Assembly (NCBI GenBank): GCA_043228905.1
Contig: JBHGNT010000014.1
Span: 9,610,001-9,674,000, forward strand
Source of the DNA: Azolla caroliniana
Taxonomy: Eukaryota > Plantae > Polypodiophyta
Length of the DNA: 64,000 bases
Direction: 5' to 3'
Shown: in pieces, positions 37,292-49,699 of the stretch
How the letters are laid out: each line of letters opens with the position of its first letter
Numbering within the stretch: the first letter of the stretch is position 1
Translations under genes and position numbers: made by a program
The notes under the pieces: model-generated
The model's database searches: none
What the model was told of the DNA's origin: nothing
Seen by the model: the letters and a program-made list of their open reading frames with translations, nothing else

Positions 37292-40200
37292 TGTCGTGAT
37301 GTTTTCGACACATAGAGTGAAACCACCCTCAAAAGAGAATAAAATAATAGTCCAAATAAACTAATGTTGTTAAGTCAACTATAGTAATAAATCAAAGAAT
37401 ATTAAGTTAAAGGCGGTTTTCAAAAGTAGACAAAAGTAGAGAAAAAGATGAAGAAGCACGCGTGGATATGAGGAGCACATTAGAGAAAAAAGCTCTCAAT
37501 TTCCTCGTCAGATGTCCAAATTAGAAAAGAAAAGATGCATAAGAAAGCTAACCGAAAGAGCTTTCCAAGAATATCTTGCATGTGAAATTTGAGGCTAGAA
37601 AACAGAAATAGTGTGGAAAAGAAAAGTCGACTCATATAGACAAGCTTTTTTTAGGGGAAAAAGACAAGCAATCCTAAACCTATAAATAAGAGCCTATTCT
37701 AGTGAAGAAGGGGGGGAGGGAGAAGAAACGCAGAAGCTCTACTTAATTGGAAAGAGGAATAAGAAGGATCAACAACATCGAGAGGCATCATCAACAAAGA
37801 AACTCCTTCTATATTCCACTCTCTTCTTTCCTCCACCTCTCTTCCCCCATTCCTTTATAAACAATCCTTCATATTCACATCCAACCCATTGTAACATGAT
37901 TCTTATATTATAAAAGAATCTATTATATTGATATAAACTAATGTTTTCTTTCATCTACTTGTCTTATGTGTAAATCTTGATTGTGCTTATTTGTTTGTGT
38001 GTCTTGTGACAAGGGAGCGTTTCGGGCTTGCCCATGCAGCTCTCCTTTCCCAAAGGCATTCAAACCTACGTGTCTTTTATGTTATTGTCATTTGTGCTTA
38101 TTTGTTTGTGTGTCTTGTGACAAGGGAGCGTTTCAGGCTTGCCCATGCATCTCTCCTTTCAAAAAGGCATTCAAACATACCTGTCTTATATGTTATTGTC
38201 ATTTGTGCTTACCTATTTGTGTGTCTTGTGACAATGGAGTGTTTCGGGCTTGCCCATGCACCTCTCCTTTAACAAGGCATTCAAACTTTCATGTCTTGCT
38301 TGTGTGTTCGTGTGACTTGTGGCAAGGGAGCGTTCGAGCTTGCCCATGCACCTCTACTTTCACAAAGGCATTCAAAATCATGTCTTGCATGTTAGTGTAA
38401 ATCTTGCTTATGTGTTCATGCGACTTTTCGCAAGGGAGCGTTCCGGCTTGCCCATGCACCTCTCCTTTCAGAAAGGCGTTCGAAATCGTGTCTTCCGTGT
38501 TAGTGTAAACCTTGCTTGTGTGTTCATGTGCCTTGTAACAAGGGAGCGTTCAGCCTTGCCCATGCACCTCTCTTTTCACAAAGGCATTCAAAACTTTGTC
38601 TCTCGTGTGTGTAAGTAAGCCTTTTCCTTGTGTGTTTGTGCGACTTGTGGCAAGGGAGCGTTCTGGCTTGCCGATGCACCTCTCCTTTCACAAAGGCGTT
38701 CGAAATTGTGTCTCCCGTGTGTAAACCTTGCTTGTGTGTTTGCGTCTCTTGTAACAAGGGAGCGTTCGGGCTTTGCCCATTGCACCTCTCTTTTCACAAA
38801 GGCATTCAAAACTCTGTCTCTCGTGTGTGTAAGTAAGCCTTTTTCTTGTGTGTCCGTCAATAACCCTGGTGGTTCCACCTCATGATCCGCACATAGTGAT
38901 AGATTTTCATGACATAATAAAGTGGTGAACCCAACGTGAAGAGACGGTAGGAAGGATCAAGTGCTTGAAATAGAAGATTAGAAGATGACTTCTTCGTCAA
39001 ACACCCAAGCTGATGAAGTGGCAAAGTTGGTGGCTATTGTCGAGCATATAATGAGAGCTCGAGATAATGATACAAGCTTAGACAAGGCCATTGACCAAAC
39101 TGTTGAGATAGCGGGCCAATTTGGTGGAAGAAACATTACGGATTTTCTCGTTACATACAAGACGGAGATGAACAACATGATGTCATCGAAGAGAAGCAAA
39201 TATCAAGCTTCAAGCGTGTCGTAGCTATTGGGTTACAAGGCTGTATAAGGGAGATTCAAGTCGCCCAAACAACATGGGTGGGATTTGAAAGGGCACGTTT
39301 GGCTAAATATATGCTTGAAGATGTGTCGAGGATGACACTTCATATGTTGATGAAGTGGATCGAGAAGAAGGGGAAGAACATGAACACATCGGGAGTGTGC
39401 ACCACCGAAATTGACCAAATGTACACCCGTTTCCCGAGAACCGACTAAACACTTCTTGAAGGAGATAAAGTTTTGTACTTCTTAAAGGCGGTGGATGCAA
39501 AAGATATACGAGAACTAGGTAATCTATTAGAGGATGAAGCACAACCCAATGGTCTCATACCGGATTGGGTTGCGGTAAGAAGAGCATGTGATTGATTTTA
39601 TAAACGTCGTCGATCGCTAGATGATTCTAACATGGCGGGCTCGGTATTCCAAAGAAGGAAGGCTCCAATAGCAACTGAGATGACAAAGCAAAGCGAGTTG
39701 ACTGAAAGAACGATGGAGAACTCTGTCATTGAAGAGTTGGCACGAAAATTCGAAGCGGTTTCGTTAGCTAATATGAGTCGTAGAGGGCCGAAGGGGAAAG
39801 ACCCATATAGATGTGTATGGTGTGATAGTGTTGAAGGTGTGATTGTGCTAGCCTTCAAGAGGCAATTCGACAAAACCTCGTCTACATGGAAGGAAACATT
39901 ATACACTCAAGTGAGACTCGAAAGCCCTTGCAAGTGAATTTTGGTAGGGGGGTCCTAAAGAAAATCATGGATGAGGCCGATGCGTAGGGGGGATCTAAAG
40001 AAAAGCATCGATGAGGCTGATGTGAGCCACGTCAACGCTATACACTATGCCGCATCCGCCGGTATAAGAATTGGAAAGGAGAAGCTTGGAATGATTAAAC
40101 CAGGAATGGGGTTTTTGCCGACCATCCTTGAATACGAAAAAAAAGGGAAGATTAATTCGGATGATACAAAGCTAGCCAACCTTCATGTACGAGACCTTAC

Positions 40201-41450
40201 CGGGTGGGTGGATCCAGTTGATAACAACACGATCTCCACAGAGGTGATATGCGAAACCCACGAAGTGTTTGTAGATGAGAAGCAGAAGAGGACGGATCTA
40301 GATGAAGGCCCTTCTAAGAAACATGACACAAGAAGCTTTAAGAAGAAGGAAGAGATGATCAAGACCACATGTCAAGAAGATGGAAGCTCAAACAAGAGAG
40401 CTGAGGAACCAACTCAACCCATTGAAGAGAATGCCAAGAAGGGGATGGATAGATCGACGCCAACATACAAATTAAGGTCGGATATTGAACAAACAACTAA
40501 CTTAAGAAAGGTTCTTGAAGAAAGAGTGCTCAATAGCTGTATTGACGTTACATTGAAGCAGATGAGGAAGAGGGAATTTCGACAAAGCTGACAACCAATG
40601 CCATAACTATGGCAAGAACGGAAGAGAAAGAAGAATATCTAGTGGATAGTCATTATACATGACCCCATTGGGCGAGAGCGACAACGGAAACTCTGGTGAA
40701 GATTGGAGATAAGAAAGAGACGGTTGTGGCTCTTATAGACCACAGATCAAAGATTAACCTCATGTCAACGGATTTCTACAAAAAGGGAAGATGACCTATC
40801 AACACGAACCATGGATGGAAGATTTGTGCGGTGACGAAGGCCACGAAAGATCTTTATGGAGCATGTCCCAACATTCAAGTCACAATCGAGGATGTAGAGA
40901 TCGACCAACACTTTTTTGTGCAAGATTTAACTTCCCATTCGGTGATTCTTGGGCAACACTACATAACATCATCAAGGATGGAGACTAAGGTGTTCGATAG
41001 TGGAGCAACATTTGCTCAGGTGAAGAGTCTTGATGGTCAAAAGTCGGTTCAATTCTTGACAGTGCGAGCTAATCATGAGAGGAACCGAGATAACCTTAGA
41101 GATGAGGCCTCGGATTTTTAACATAGACTATTGAAGAATGGGGCAAAGACAGTCCGAGAAAAAGTAAGTCCCCGAAAAGAAGAAAGAAGCAAGAAGGAAA
41201 ACTATATTTAGCACCTAATGGTGCATGTGGGATGACTACACTCAATGAGAGAGAGAAGCGTCAAGTTCAAAACTTTGAACATTGGCTAAAAGAACAAGGA
41301 ATATTAGAAGAAGAAGACAACATATCACGGGTCATGGAGGAAGCCTCATTTAATGATACAATCGGAGAAATAGAGAGTATCGTGGACTTCAGACCTCATG
41401 AGCAACATACGATTCAAGTCAAATCCATCAACATGTATACCGCCATCGAC
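37292..41450 (+). mobile_element. Ty3/gypsy 5' part: 1.6-kb LTR, tRNA-Trp PBS, degenerate gag and protease
   Basis: LTR 37292-38914 (TGTCGTGA...TCATGACA). PBS TGGTGAACCCAACGTGAA 38923-38940 is a 17/18 match to the plant tRNA-Trp 3' end as I recall it. Protease-like VALIDH(R)SKINLM ... VILGQHY. Confidence 0.75.
37980..38860. repeat. Tandem array of ~100-120-bp units inside the LTR
   Basis: About 8 copies of CAAGGGAGCGTTC..GCTTGCCCATGCACCTCTCCTTTCACAAAGGCATTCAAA. Confidence 0.92.
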
Positions 41451-44400
41451 GAATGCCGACGAGGGGTCATGGAGGAGTTGTTCTGGCTCCGGATGGTGGA
41501 CACCAACTCAGTTCGACTGGCTGGCTTGATCCGGGACTTGGAGGTGACGGTCAAAGGTCATGCTTTCCGAATTTCTGCAGTAGTCCTCTAGTTGAACGTT
41601 CAAGGGCCATACCCACTGCCGCTTGGACGACCATGGCTGAAGACTGCCCATATCAAACAGAACTGGCAGAAAAACTATATTACGTTCCACAGAGGGAAAA
41701 CGAAAGTAAGAGTACCCACGCAACCGCAAGCTAGCCCCGGCAAAGACGTGACCCCACTATATGCCGAAAGCGTGAACATGCTGGCAGAACTGGCCGATGA
41801 GGAGGTGGATCGCTACCTTGAAGAGAACCCAAGTATAGTCCCTCTGTTCGAAGTGGATGTGGCAGAAGCGGTAACTCCACACATGGTGCAAACGGAAGAG
41901 GTCGGGGAGGAACCAGATAAGGATGCACTCTAGGAACTACGGCAAGCACAGGAGGCCTTGGAATGGGAAATGGCGGTATCTCAATAAGTAAAGGCGTCCC
42001 AACTAGAAGAAGTAAATTTGGGCACCGAGAAAGAAGCACGTCTGGTACACGTGGTTAAGAAGATGTCACTGGAAGACAAATCGACAATGATAACATTATT
42101 AAAAGAATTGAAGGACGTATTTGCCTAGTCCTACAAAGATATGCGGGGACTTGGTCCCCAACTCTATCAACACCAGATTCACCTCAACAAGGACGCTAAG
42201 CCGGTGGCACAACGACGCTATCGGATGAACCCAAACTACACGGCAAGAGTAAAGGAGGAAATTGACAAGTTGCTCCGAGTCGACTTTATCCAGCCGATGA
42301 AGAAAGCCACTTGGCTAAGTCCAATTGTCATAGTGCCGAAGAAGAACGGCAAGATCCGTGTCTACGTGGATTACCGGAAATTAAACGCGGCAACGGTTAC
42401 CGACGCATTTACGCTTCCGTTTACGAATGGAGTTTTAGATGCGGTAGCCAGGCACAAGGTTTATAGCTTTCTTGATGGTTTCAACGAATATAACCAAATA
42501 AGGATGCACCCAGATGATCAAGAAAAGACGGCGTTCATGACAGAATGGGGAGTCTTTGTAGCAGTTGTAATGATGTTCGGACTCAAGACAACGCCGGCAA
42601 CCTTTCAGAGGATTATTATGGAAGTATTTGGAGAATTCATACTGGCGTTTATGTAGGTATTCCTGGATGACTTCGCGGTATACAGCTGAAAAGGGGAACA
42701 CCTTGACCATCTCAAGTTATGCTTGGGAAAGTGCAGAGGATACTGGTTAAGCTTAAACCTAGCAAAGTGTGGCTTCAGTGTGACCATCGACACATTGTTG
42801 GGTCATATTGTTAGCAAGGAAGGGCTTGCTGTGGACTCGGATAAGGTCAAGGCTATTTTGCAAGCGCCATCACCAATGACCGCCAAGGCTTTAAGCCAGT
42901 TCTTAGGACAGATCCGGTGGCATAGCCGGATGCTCCAGTACTTGGCAGACCTCGCCACGCCACTACACGTAGTTGTACACCGGACACCGTTTAATTGGAC
43001 AGATGAAGAGGATAAGGCTTACCGCACACTCAAGGTAATGCTATCACAAGCACCAGTGGTCCAACCCCCGGACTGGTCAAAAGAGTTTCATGTCTTCGTG
43101 GATGTGTCAGATATCGTAATCGGCAGTGTAATCATGCAACTTACCAAATTGAAGTGGTACCGGCCGGTGTACTATGCTAGCCGGAAGCTGTCAAAGGCGG
43201 AGCGGAATTATTCCACTACGGAAAGAGAATCCCTAGGAATGATATACAGTGACACCAAATACCGACATTATTTGTTGGGCCGCAAGTTTTCATTCCATGT
43301 AGACCATTTAGCGCTTTTATACTTGGTCTCGAAGGTAGCACTCACCGGCAAGCTAGCCTGGTGGACATTATTATTACAAGAATTTGAATTTGAGATCTAT
43401 CACCAGCCGGGTATACAACATGTAGTTGCCAATTACTTGAGCCGGTTAGAATCCGAAGAAACCGGTGACGGTGTTCAAGATGAATTTCCGGATGCCGCAT
43501 TGTTTAAAATTACAGTGGAAACCACGGTAGATGGGACAGTCGCGGACGAGGGTAAATGGCTAATGAATATGCACCAGTTCTTAAGCACCAGACTACCCCT
43601 AGAGGAGATGAACCAGGATGAACATAAACGGTTGGTGGTGCAAAGCCAACGGTTTTGTCTAGTGTAGGATACCCTGTATCATAAAGGAGTGGACAACATA
43701 TGCGGCGAGTGGTCCGGAGTGATGAAAAAGACACCATTTTACGGGAAGCGCATTGTGGAGTCGCCGGAGGACATTATGTTGGTAAAGCTACGGCAAGGAA
43801 AATATGGTGCAACAGCTTATGGTGGCCAATGACACTAACAGACTCGGTTCAATATACGAAGGAATGTGATCTATGTCAAAGAATGGGCCAACCAACGGAA
43901 CAAGCGCGCATGCCACCAACCGGTACTACCTCTATAGCCATTCCAGAAATGGGGGTTGGACTTCGCTGGACCATTCAAGCCACCGGCAATGCGAACTGAC
44001 AACAGGTACATAATTGTCGCCGCGGATTACTGTACAAAATGAGTGGAAGCCAAGGCACTACGTGACAATACCGCGACGTCAATAGCAAAGTTCCTGTACG
44101 AGTACATCTGGTGTCGGGATGGATGTCCAATCGAATTAATCAGCGACCAAGGTGGACACTTCCTCGGCCATGTGGTGGAAAGCCTAACAATTTATCCGGT
44201 CGTGCACAAGCGAAGCACCCCTTATTACCCGCAAGCCAATGGATTTGCCGAATCTACCAATAAAACTCTGCAGAACATTCTCCAGAAGATTGTCAATGAG
44301 AACCGAACTGATTGGGATACAAAGTTGCACAACACGTTATGGGCTTACCGAATGGCATACAAAAAAAGTATCCGAACAACACCATTCCGGTTAGCGTTTG

Positions 44401-47400
44401 GTCTCAAAGCGGTGATGCCAATTGAATTCCAGATTCCATGCTTACAGATACAGGTTCGGGAGCGGCTGAGCGAGATGGAGTCGGAAAAAATCTGGTTAGT
44501 AGCACTATGCGAGTTGGAGGAACACCGAATAACGAGCCTAATGCAGATGGAACTCGAGCAACCATGATGGAAACCATTCGTCGACCTCCGCCGAAAGGGT
44601 AACGAGAAGATGCTTGGAATCGGCAAGCCGGTACTAGTGTTCCAGACCTGGATAGCCAAGATGTCGAGGAAGCTACGGTTCCAGTGGTCAGGACCATATT
44701 GGATAATAGGATAGTTCAACGGCTCATATCAGCTAGGAACGCTAGCTGGCTAGGTGTTGGACAAGTGGGTAAATGGGTTCCGACTTAAACCACATTATGA
44801 ACCCATGCCACAAAACCCGTTTCATCAACGAGAGAACAATGCGGACATAGGCAGCGGCAAACAGCTGGCCAACAACCATGAAGACAAGGGCGCCGAGGTT
44901 ACCGGGTAACCGGAACTATAAAAAGAAGAAGAAGATCATCATGTAGAGGCAAGCAATGAACGGACACCTCGAAAAGTTGTGGAGTGGCTATTTAAAGCCT
45001 AGTTAAAGCGCATCATGTGTCACAGAGTTGCTATTATAGTACACGACATGCATGCACGGGAATCAAGAAAGGCGCCAAGCATGGGAACAAGAAACTTCCG
45101 CCTCACAAAGTCTCTTTCATTTCGCAAACACTGAGCACTAAGCGCACAAAGGACAATACAAGTGAACTAATGAACGCAAGAAGCACAAACAAGCACATTG
45201 GCCCTACCTACCCCCACAAAACCAAAAGACGAGATGGAACCTATGGCAGTTTCCGAAACAACTAAGAAGTGGTTCAACCAACATGGGTTGGGAGGCTTCC
45301 TGAGGATAGCAGAGGCACCATCGCACGAAGAAGCAGAAAATCGACACGAAGGTCATAACGGAGGAAGCCATCCGCGCGCTAATCGGACTACCGAAAGGGG
45401 GTATCTACTCGATCAAGAACCCTTCTCCTGAAACACTAACCAAGTTTTTTGGCGAGTATTCCCTCGCTAGTAATGCTCACCGGACACAGGGCCGCGAGGA
45501 GCCCCTGTTCAGAGAAGTTGCTCGTGTCCTCCACGAGTATGGGTTCATGTATCCTCGACCCCCAACAATGCCAAAGAACAAAGTCGGTTTCATCATTGCT
45601 ATGTACACAGGGGTGTAAGTGGATTGGTTGGTAATCATTGTCGATTGTTTGCGGACGGAGATAGAATCAGTGCAAAATGGCAATAAATTATGGACGATTG
45701 TGGCTCAATGGCTAACTCTTTTGGCGCCACAAGTAGAGCCGGTAAGGACTAAGAAGCGGGTTCGAGTAACGGAAACCATGCCTAAAAAAATTCAAAACAG
45801 CAGCAACTTCTGGCCAAGCACACGCCTGGATGGAAAGAGGGCAGTACCTCGTAGCAAGGGAGAGAACCGCCTAGCCGGAAGAGGCAAGAAGAGACAGAGA
45901 CATCGGTGGAGCCACCCGTAAAGCCTCTGAAAATCAAGCTGCGCCGACACGAACAAGAGCCGGACCCCTTGGCAATGAAGATCAAGATCAAGACCCAAGA
46001 GGAGGAGGCAGAGGAAGACCTCGCCGAGAACCTCCTGCTTCGCCAGAAGCGTAGTAACGCAGAGTAGAAGGGGGACGAATCGGGTTCGGTGACGGACAGC
46101 GAACTGACACCCCGCTCCAAGGGACCGGAGCCAAGGAAGGAGGCGGAACCAGTTCAACCAGAACTGATGGAAGAACTACTTGTGCGGCAAGAAGCAACAG
46201 TGTTGGTGGTCCAAGACCCGGTAATTGAATGGCCTACCTCACCGAGGCAACAGGCATAGCAAGACCAGGAGTTGTCGCTGCAGTCATCAGTCGAAAAAGG
46301 GCTTCTAGCGAGAACAGAGGCCACGCCACAACCAAAACCGGCATGACAAAAAGGCACTGACAGTCAATGGCTACGGTGGATCGGCGAGCAGGTGGCTGGG
46401 GTGGTGTGCCAAATAGAAATGGAGGAGAGAGCACAGGGGAACCGGTTGTTCGCCACAACCGAAGAACTTGAGAAGGCCCGGTCGAGGATCCAGAGCATGG
46501 AAGAAGAATTTGTGCACGCTAAAGCAGAGGCGGCTAAGCAGGTCACAGAAGGACCAAGTCTACTAAAACCGGTGGCTACGGTGAATGAATAGACTAATAA
46601 GATGTCGGTAACTGAAATAGCATCAGATGCAAATAAGGCACAAGAACAAGAACTCGCCACTCTCACAAAGGAATTGGCATCCCAAGAGGCTTTAAGGGCT
46701 AGAGAACGAGACCTAAAGAAGGCGGTGGAGGAAGAGCAACGGAAAACGGCAGAGAACCTCCGAAAAGCCGAGGACAATCTACGGAAAGTTCATCAAGCAT
46801 ATGACCAATTGAAGGAAGAAAAAGACAAGCTGTTGCAAGAAAGGGACAAACTCTGGTGATCGGCAGAAGTCGAGATCGAGCGGCTCTAAGAAGAACTCCG
46901 ACAACAGAAGGACCATGAGGACCGGGTCCGATGCCAAATCAATCAAAGGCTGAAACAAAAAACGGAGGATTTTGACAGGTTGCACCGGGATCACAAGCAT
47001 CTAGAGGCGGAACACAAGAAATTGATGGTAGAAGGTGACCGGCAGCAAGAAAAGATGTGGGAACTCCGAGATGAAGTCCACAGGACGACAACGGCATTGG
47101 CGGATGAAAGGACCAAGGGAGTCAAACCAGCAAAGATGATGGCAGAAGCAACGAAGGAGAAACTGGAGCTTACCCGACAGCATCATGAGGAGATGGAACG
47201 AGCAAAGATGGCTCTAAACAGAGTTTAGACAACTTATCAGACGCAACTGATGCAATATAAGGGGCAAGTTGAGGCAACCGCGATCCTCATAAAGCAATTA
47301 AAGGATAAAAGCAAGCTACAAAGGAGAAGTCAAAGATGGGACTTGACCGTATTTGAGATATTGTACTGACATGGAGGAACCGGATGAAGATGTTAATTGA

Positions 47401-48559
47401 AGAAAGTTCAGTATAATGGTGGTCCAAATGGGCAAAGCAGAAAACCGAGTTGCAGAACTTGCAAGTGGATGCAGAGAACCGGCAAAAGGACGGCGATAAC
47501 TTCTACAAACTTGACGCGGAAAGAGTTGTGACCATACGGGAGGAGTTATCAGATGACTTCCTATCCTTGGCCGGAGAGCAACTGTTGGCGGTTGGCCGGC
47601 TAGTGGAACATTTGGATGATGACTAGCTAGATACCCAACTCCAGTTCGAGTGTTACGAACGGGAGCGGAGACAGCAAATGGAGCCTAGAAGAACGGTGGC
47701 AATTAACATTAGTGATGAAGAGAAATCTCCGGAGCATACGCTGAATGCAGCCGAGACCAGAGAAAGCCAGAAAAAAGTAGCTCAAGAGGAGCAACCGAAG
47801 GTAGCCGACCCGAAAGAGCTAGTCCAAGCCGGACAACAGGAGCAGGAGGAGCCTAGAACAGATGAGCCGGAGACGGAAGCCCGGAAGGGACTGGAGATAG
47901 AGAGGAGCAGGCCGGAGAGCAACAACAACTGCAGCCACAACAACAAACGGAGCAACTACCCGAAGAACCTCTAGAACCCTTGGACCAAAGCATTCTGGAC
48001 ATTTTGATAGATGAGTGATAAGGGGCTAACCGTGGGTTCGACATACAATGTACTATCCCACGGGCGTGCCATGTGTTGGCCGGCAAGCCGAAAGGGCCAG
48101 TTAGAGTCCAGAATGTAAAATGGGTATTTAATTAGGAATAGGGGGTTGAAATTAATAAGTACTATGTTATTTTGAGAATTAATAAGTATTATGTTATTTT
48201 GAGAAGCGGGCGGACGGACCCAGAATCGGTATGCCGATTCAGATCCGAACCGAATCGTTACCGGTTGCCACTTGGCACCGGTTTGTAACTCAGTCGGAGA
48301 CCTATAAAAGGACCCGACAAGAATGTAATCAACGACAGATAATTAATAGAAGTGTTGTTGTTTATGTATGTTTAGTGTCTATTTGGTTACTGTCCTGTGC
48401 TTAATATAATTAATCTTACGCATGTGTTATGACTAATTAAGAGTGCCGGTTAAGACCCATTCGATACTACGGTCTATCTATATCTCCCCGTACCACCCTT
48501 TGGTGAAGTGTTCCATAGGGATACCCTGTGTTAGGGCTTGTCCAGCCTAAGGGATTACA
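41450..48559 (+). mobile_element. Non-chromovirus Ty3/gypsy, 5'-truncated: protease C-half, RT, RNase H, integrase, extra 3' ORF, 3' LTR
   Basis: PLGRPWL, VDYRKLN, FLDDF, RPVYYASRKL and HHCC/DDE integrase motifs. Long degenerate coiled-coil ORF at ~45200-48020. LTR ~48031-48559 with uncertain boundaries. Confidence 0.85.
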
Positions 48560-48665
48560 ATTATGCACTCCTACTTGTTGCTGAGTCGGACTATGCCTCC
48601 GGTTTTGACTGAATAGTTCAAAAACCATTTGATGTTAGAGGTAACGTGAATGTGGGGTTGGAATC

Positions 48666-49647
48666 TATTGAGAATCAAGCTCAACCTAGTCTAGTGTGTG
48701 AACACACCCTTTAGAGTGTGAACTCAAAGGTCAAAAGTCACCACTCTTATCTACACATTAACTATGTGTCATAGAATCATATTCTATGACACATAACTAA
48801 TGAGTTTTCACATTCCCCATGACCCATGAGCTTCGGTAGTTAATGAAGAGAGAGAGTGACTATATAAAGCACTCTCCTCCTACTTTGTAATTAGGTTGAT
48901 TAATCTCCTTTGTAATATACATATTCTTGAGCATTCTATTATCTCTCTAATCTATCTTTTGTTTCTCTCCTCTATCTCTCTCTCTCGCACACACACACTC
49001 ACAACACATATCTCTAGTCTATTCTGCTGCACAAGAATTACCATCGATTCTTGATTCTTTACACGGTATCAGAGCAATTTGGTAGCTTGATCACGCCCAT
49101 CCGCATGTATTGAGCTCTACACCGACGTTCAAGAAGAACCGGCTCATCACTATCGTAGTGTGACTAAATAGCACATATTCAAGAGAGAAGAAGAAGGAAG
49201 AAATCTACATCGAACACCATGAATACTCAAATGGGGAGCGCTCTCCCTAGCGAGAATTTGGACGAAACAACTTCTCATCTTGGGAATAAAAGATGCATCA
49301 ATACCTTGTCGGTCAAGGCTATTGGAGCTACATCAAAGGAGCACAAGAAAACCCGGAAGACGCTGACTATGCAACATGGGAACATGCGACGAGTCGAGTA
49401 ATGTATTGCTTGGTGACATGTGTTCACGACCACATGCTCGGTTACATTTGAGAAGTCGAGATGCCGAAGGAGGCGTGGGAAAATCTACGAAAGATTTTCG
49501 CCGCCAACACAACCACGAGGAAGGTTCAACTCCGCCAAGAGTTGAACAACATCCAACAAAGGGATATGTTGGGGACAAGGTCGTCAATGCGGAAGTGCAA
49601 GCAACATTCTGTTTGAAGAAGAACTTGTGTATGCGCATAAGCAAGAT

Positions 49648-49699
<52 letters not shown>

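Noticed and set aside
37981-38885. Cys-rich repeat ORFs resembling metallothionein or zinc fingers
   Set aside because: Open frames occur in several phases on both strands of an LTR tandem array, as expected of TG-rich non-coding repeats.
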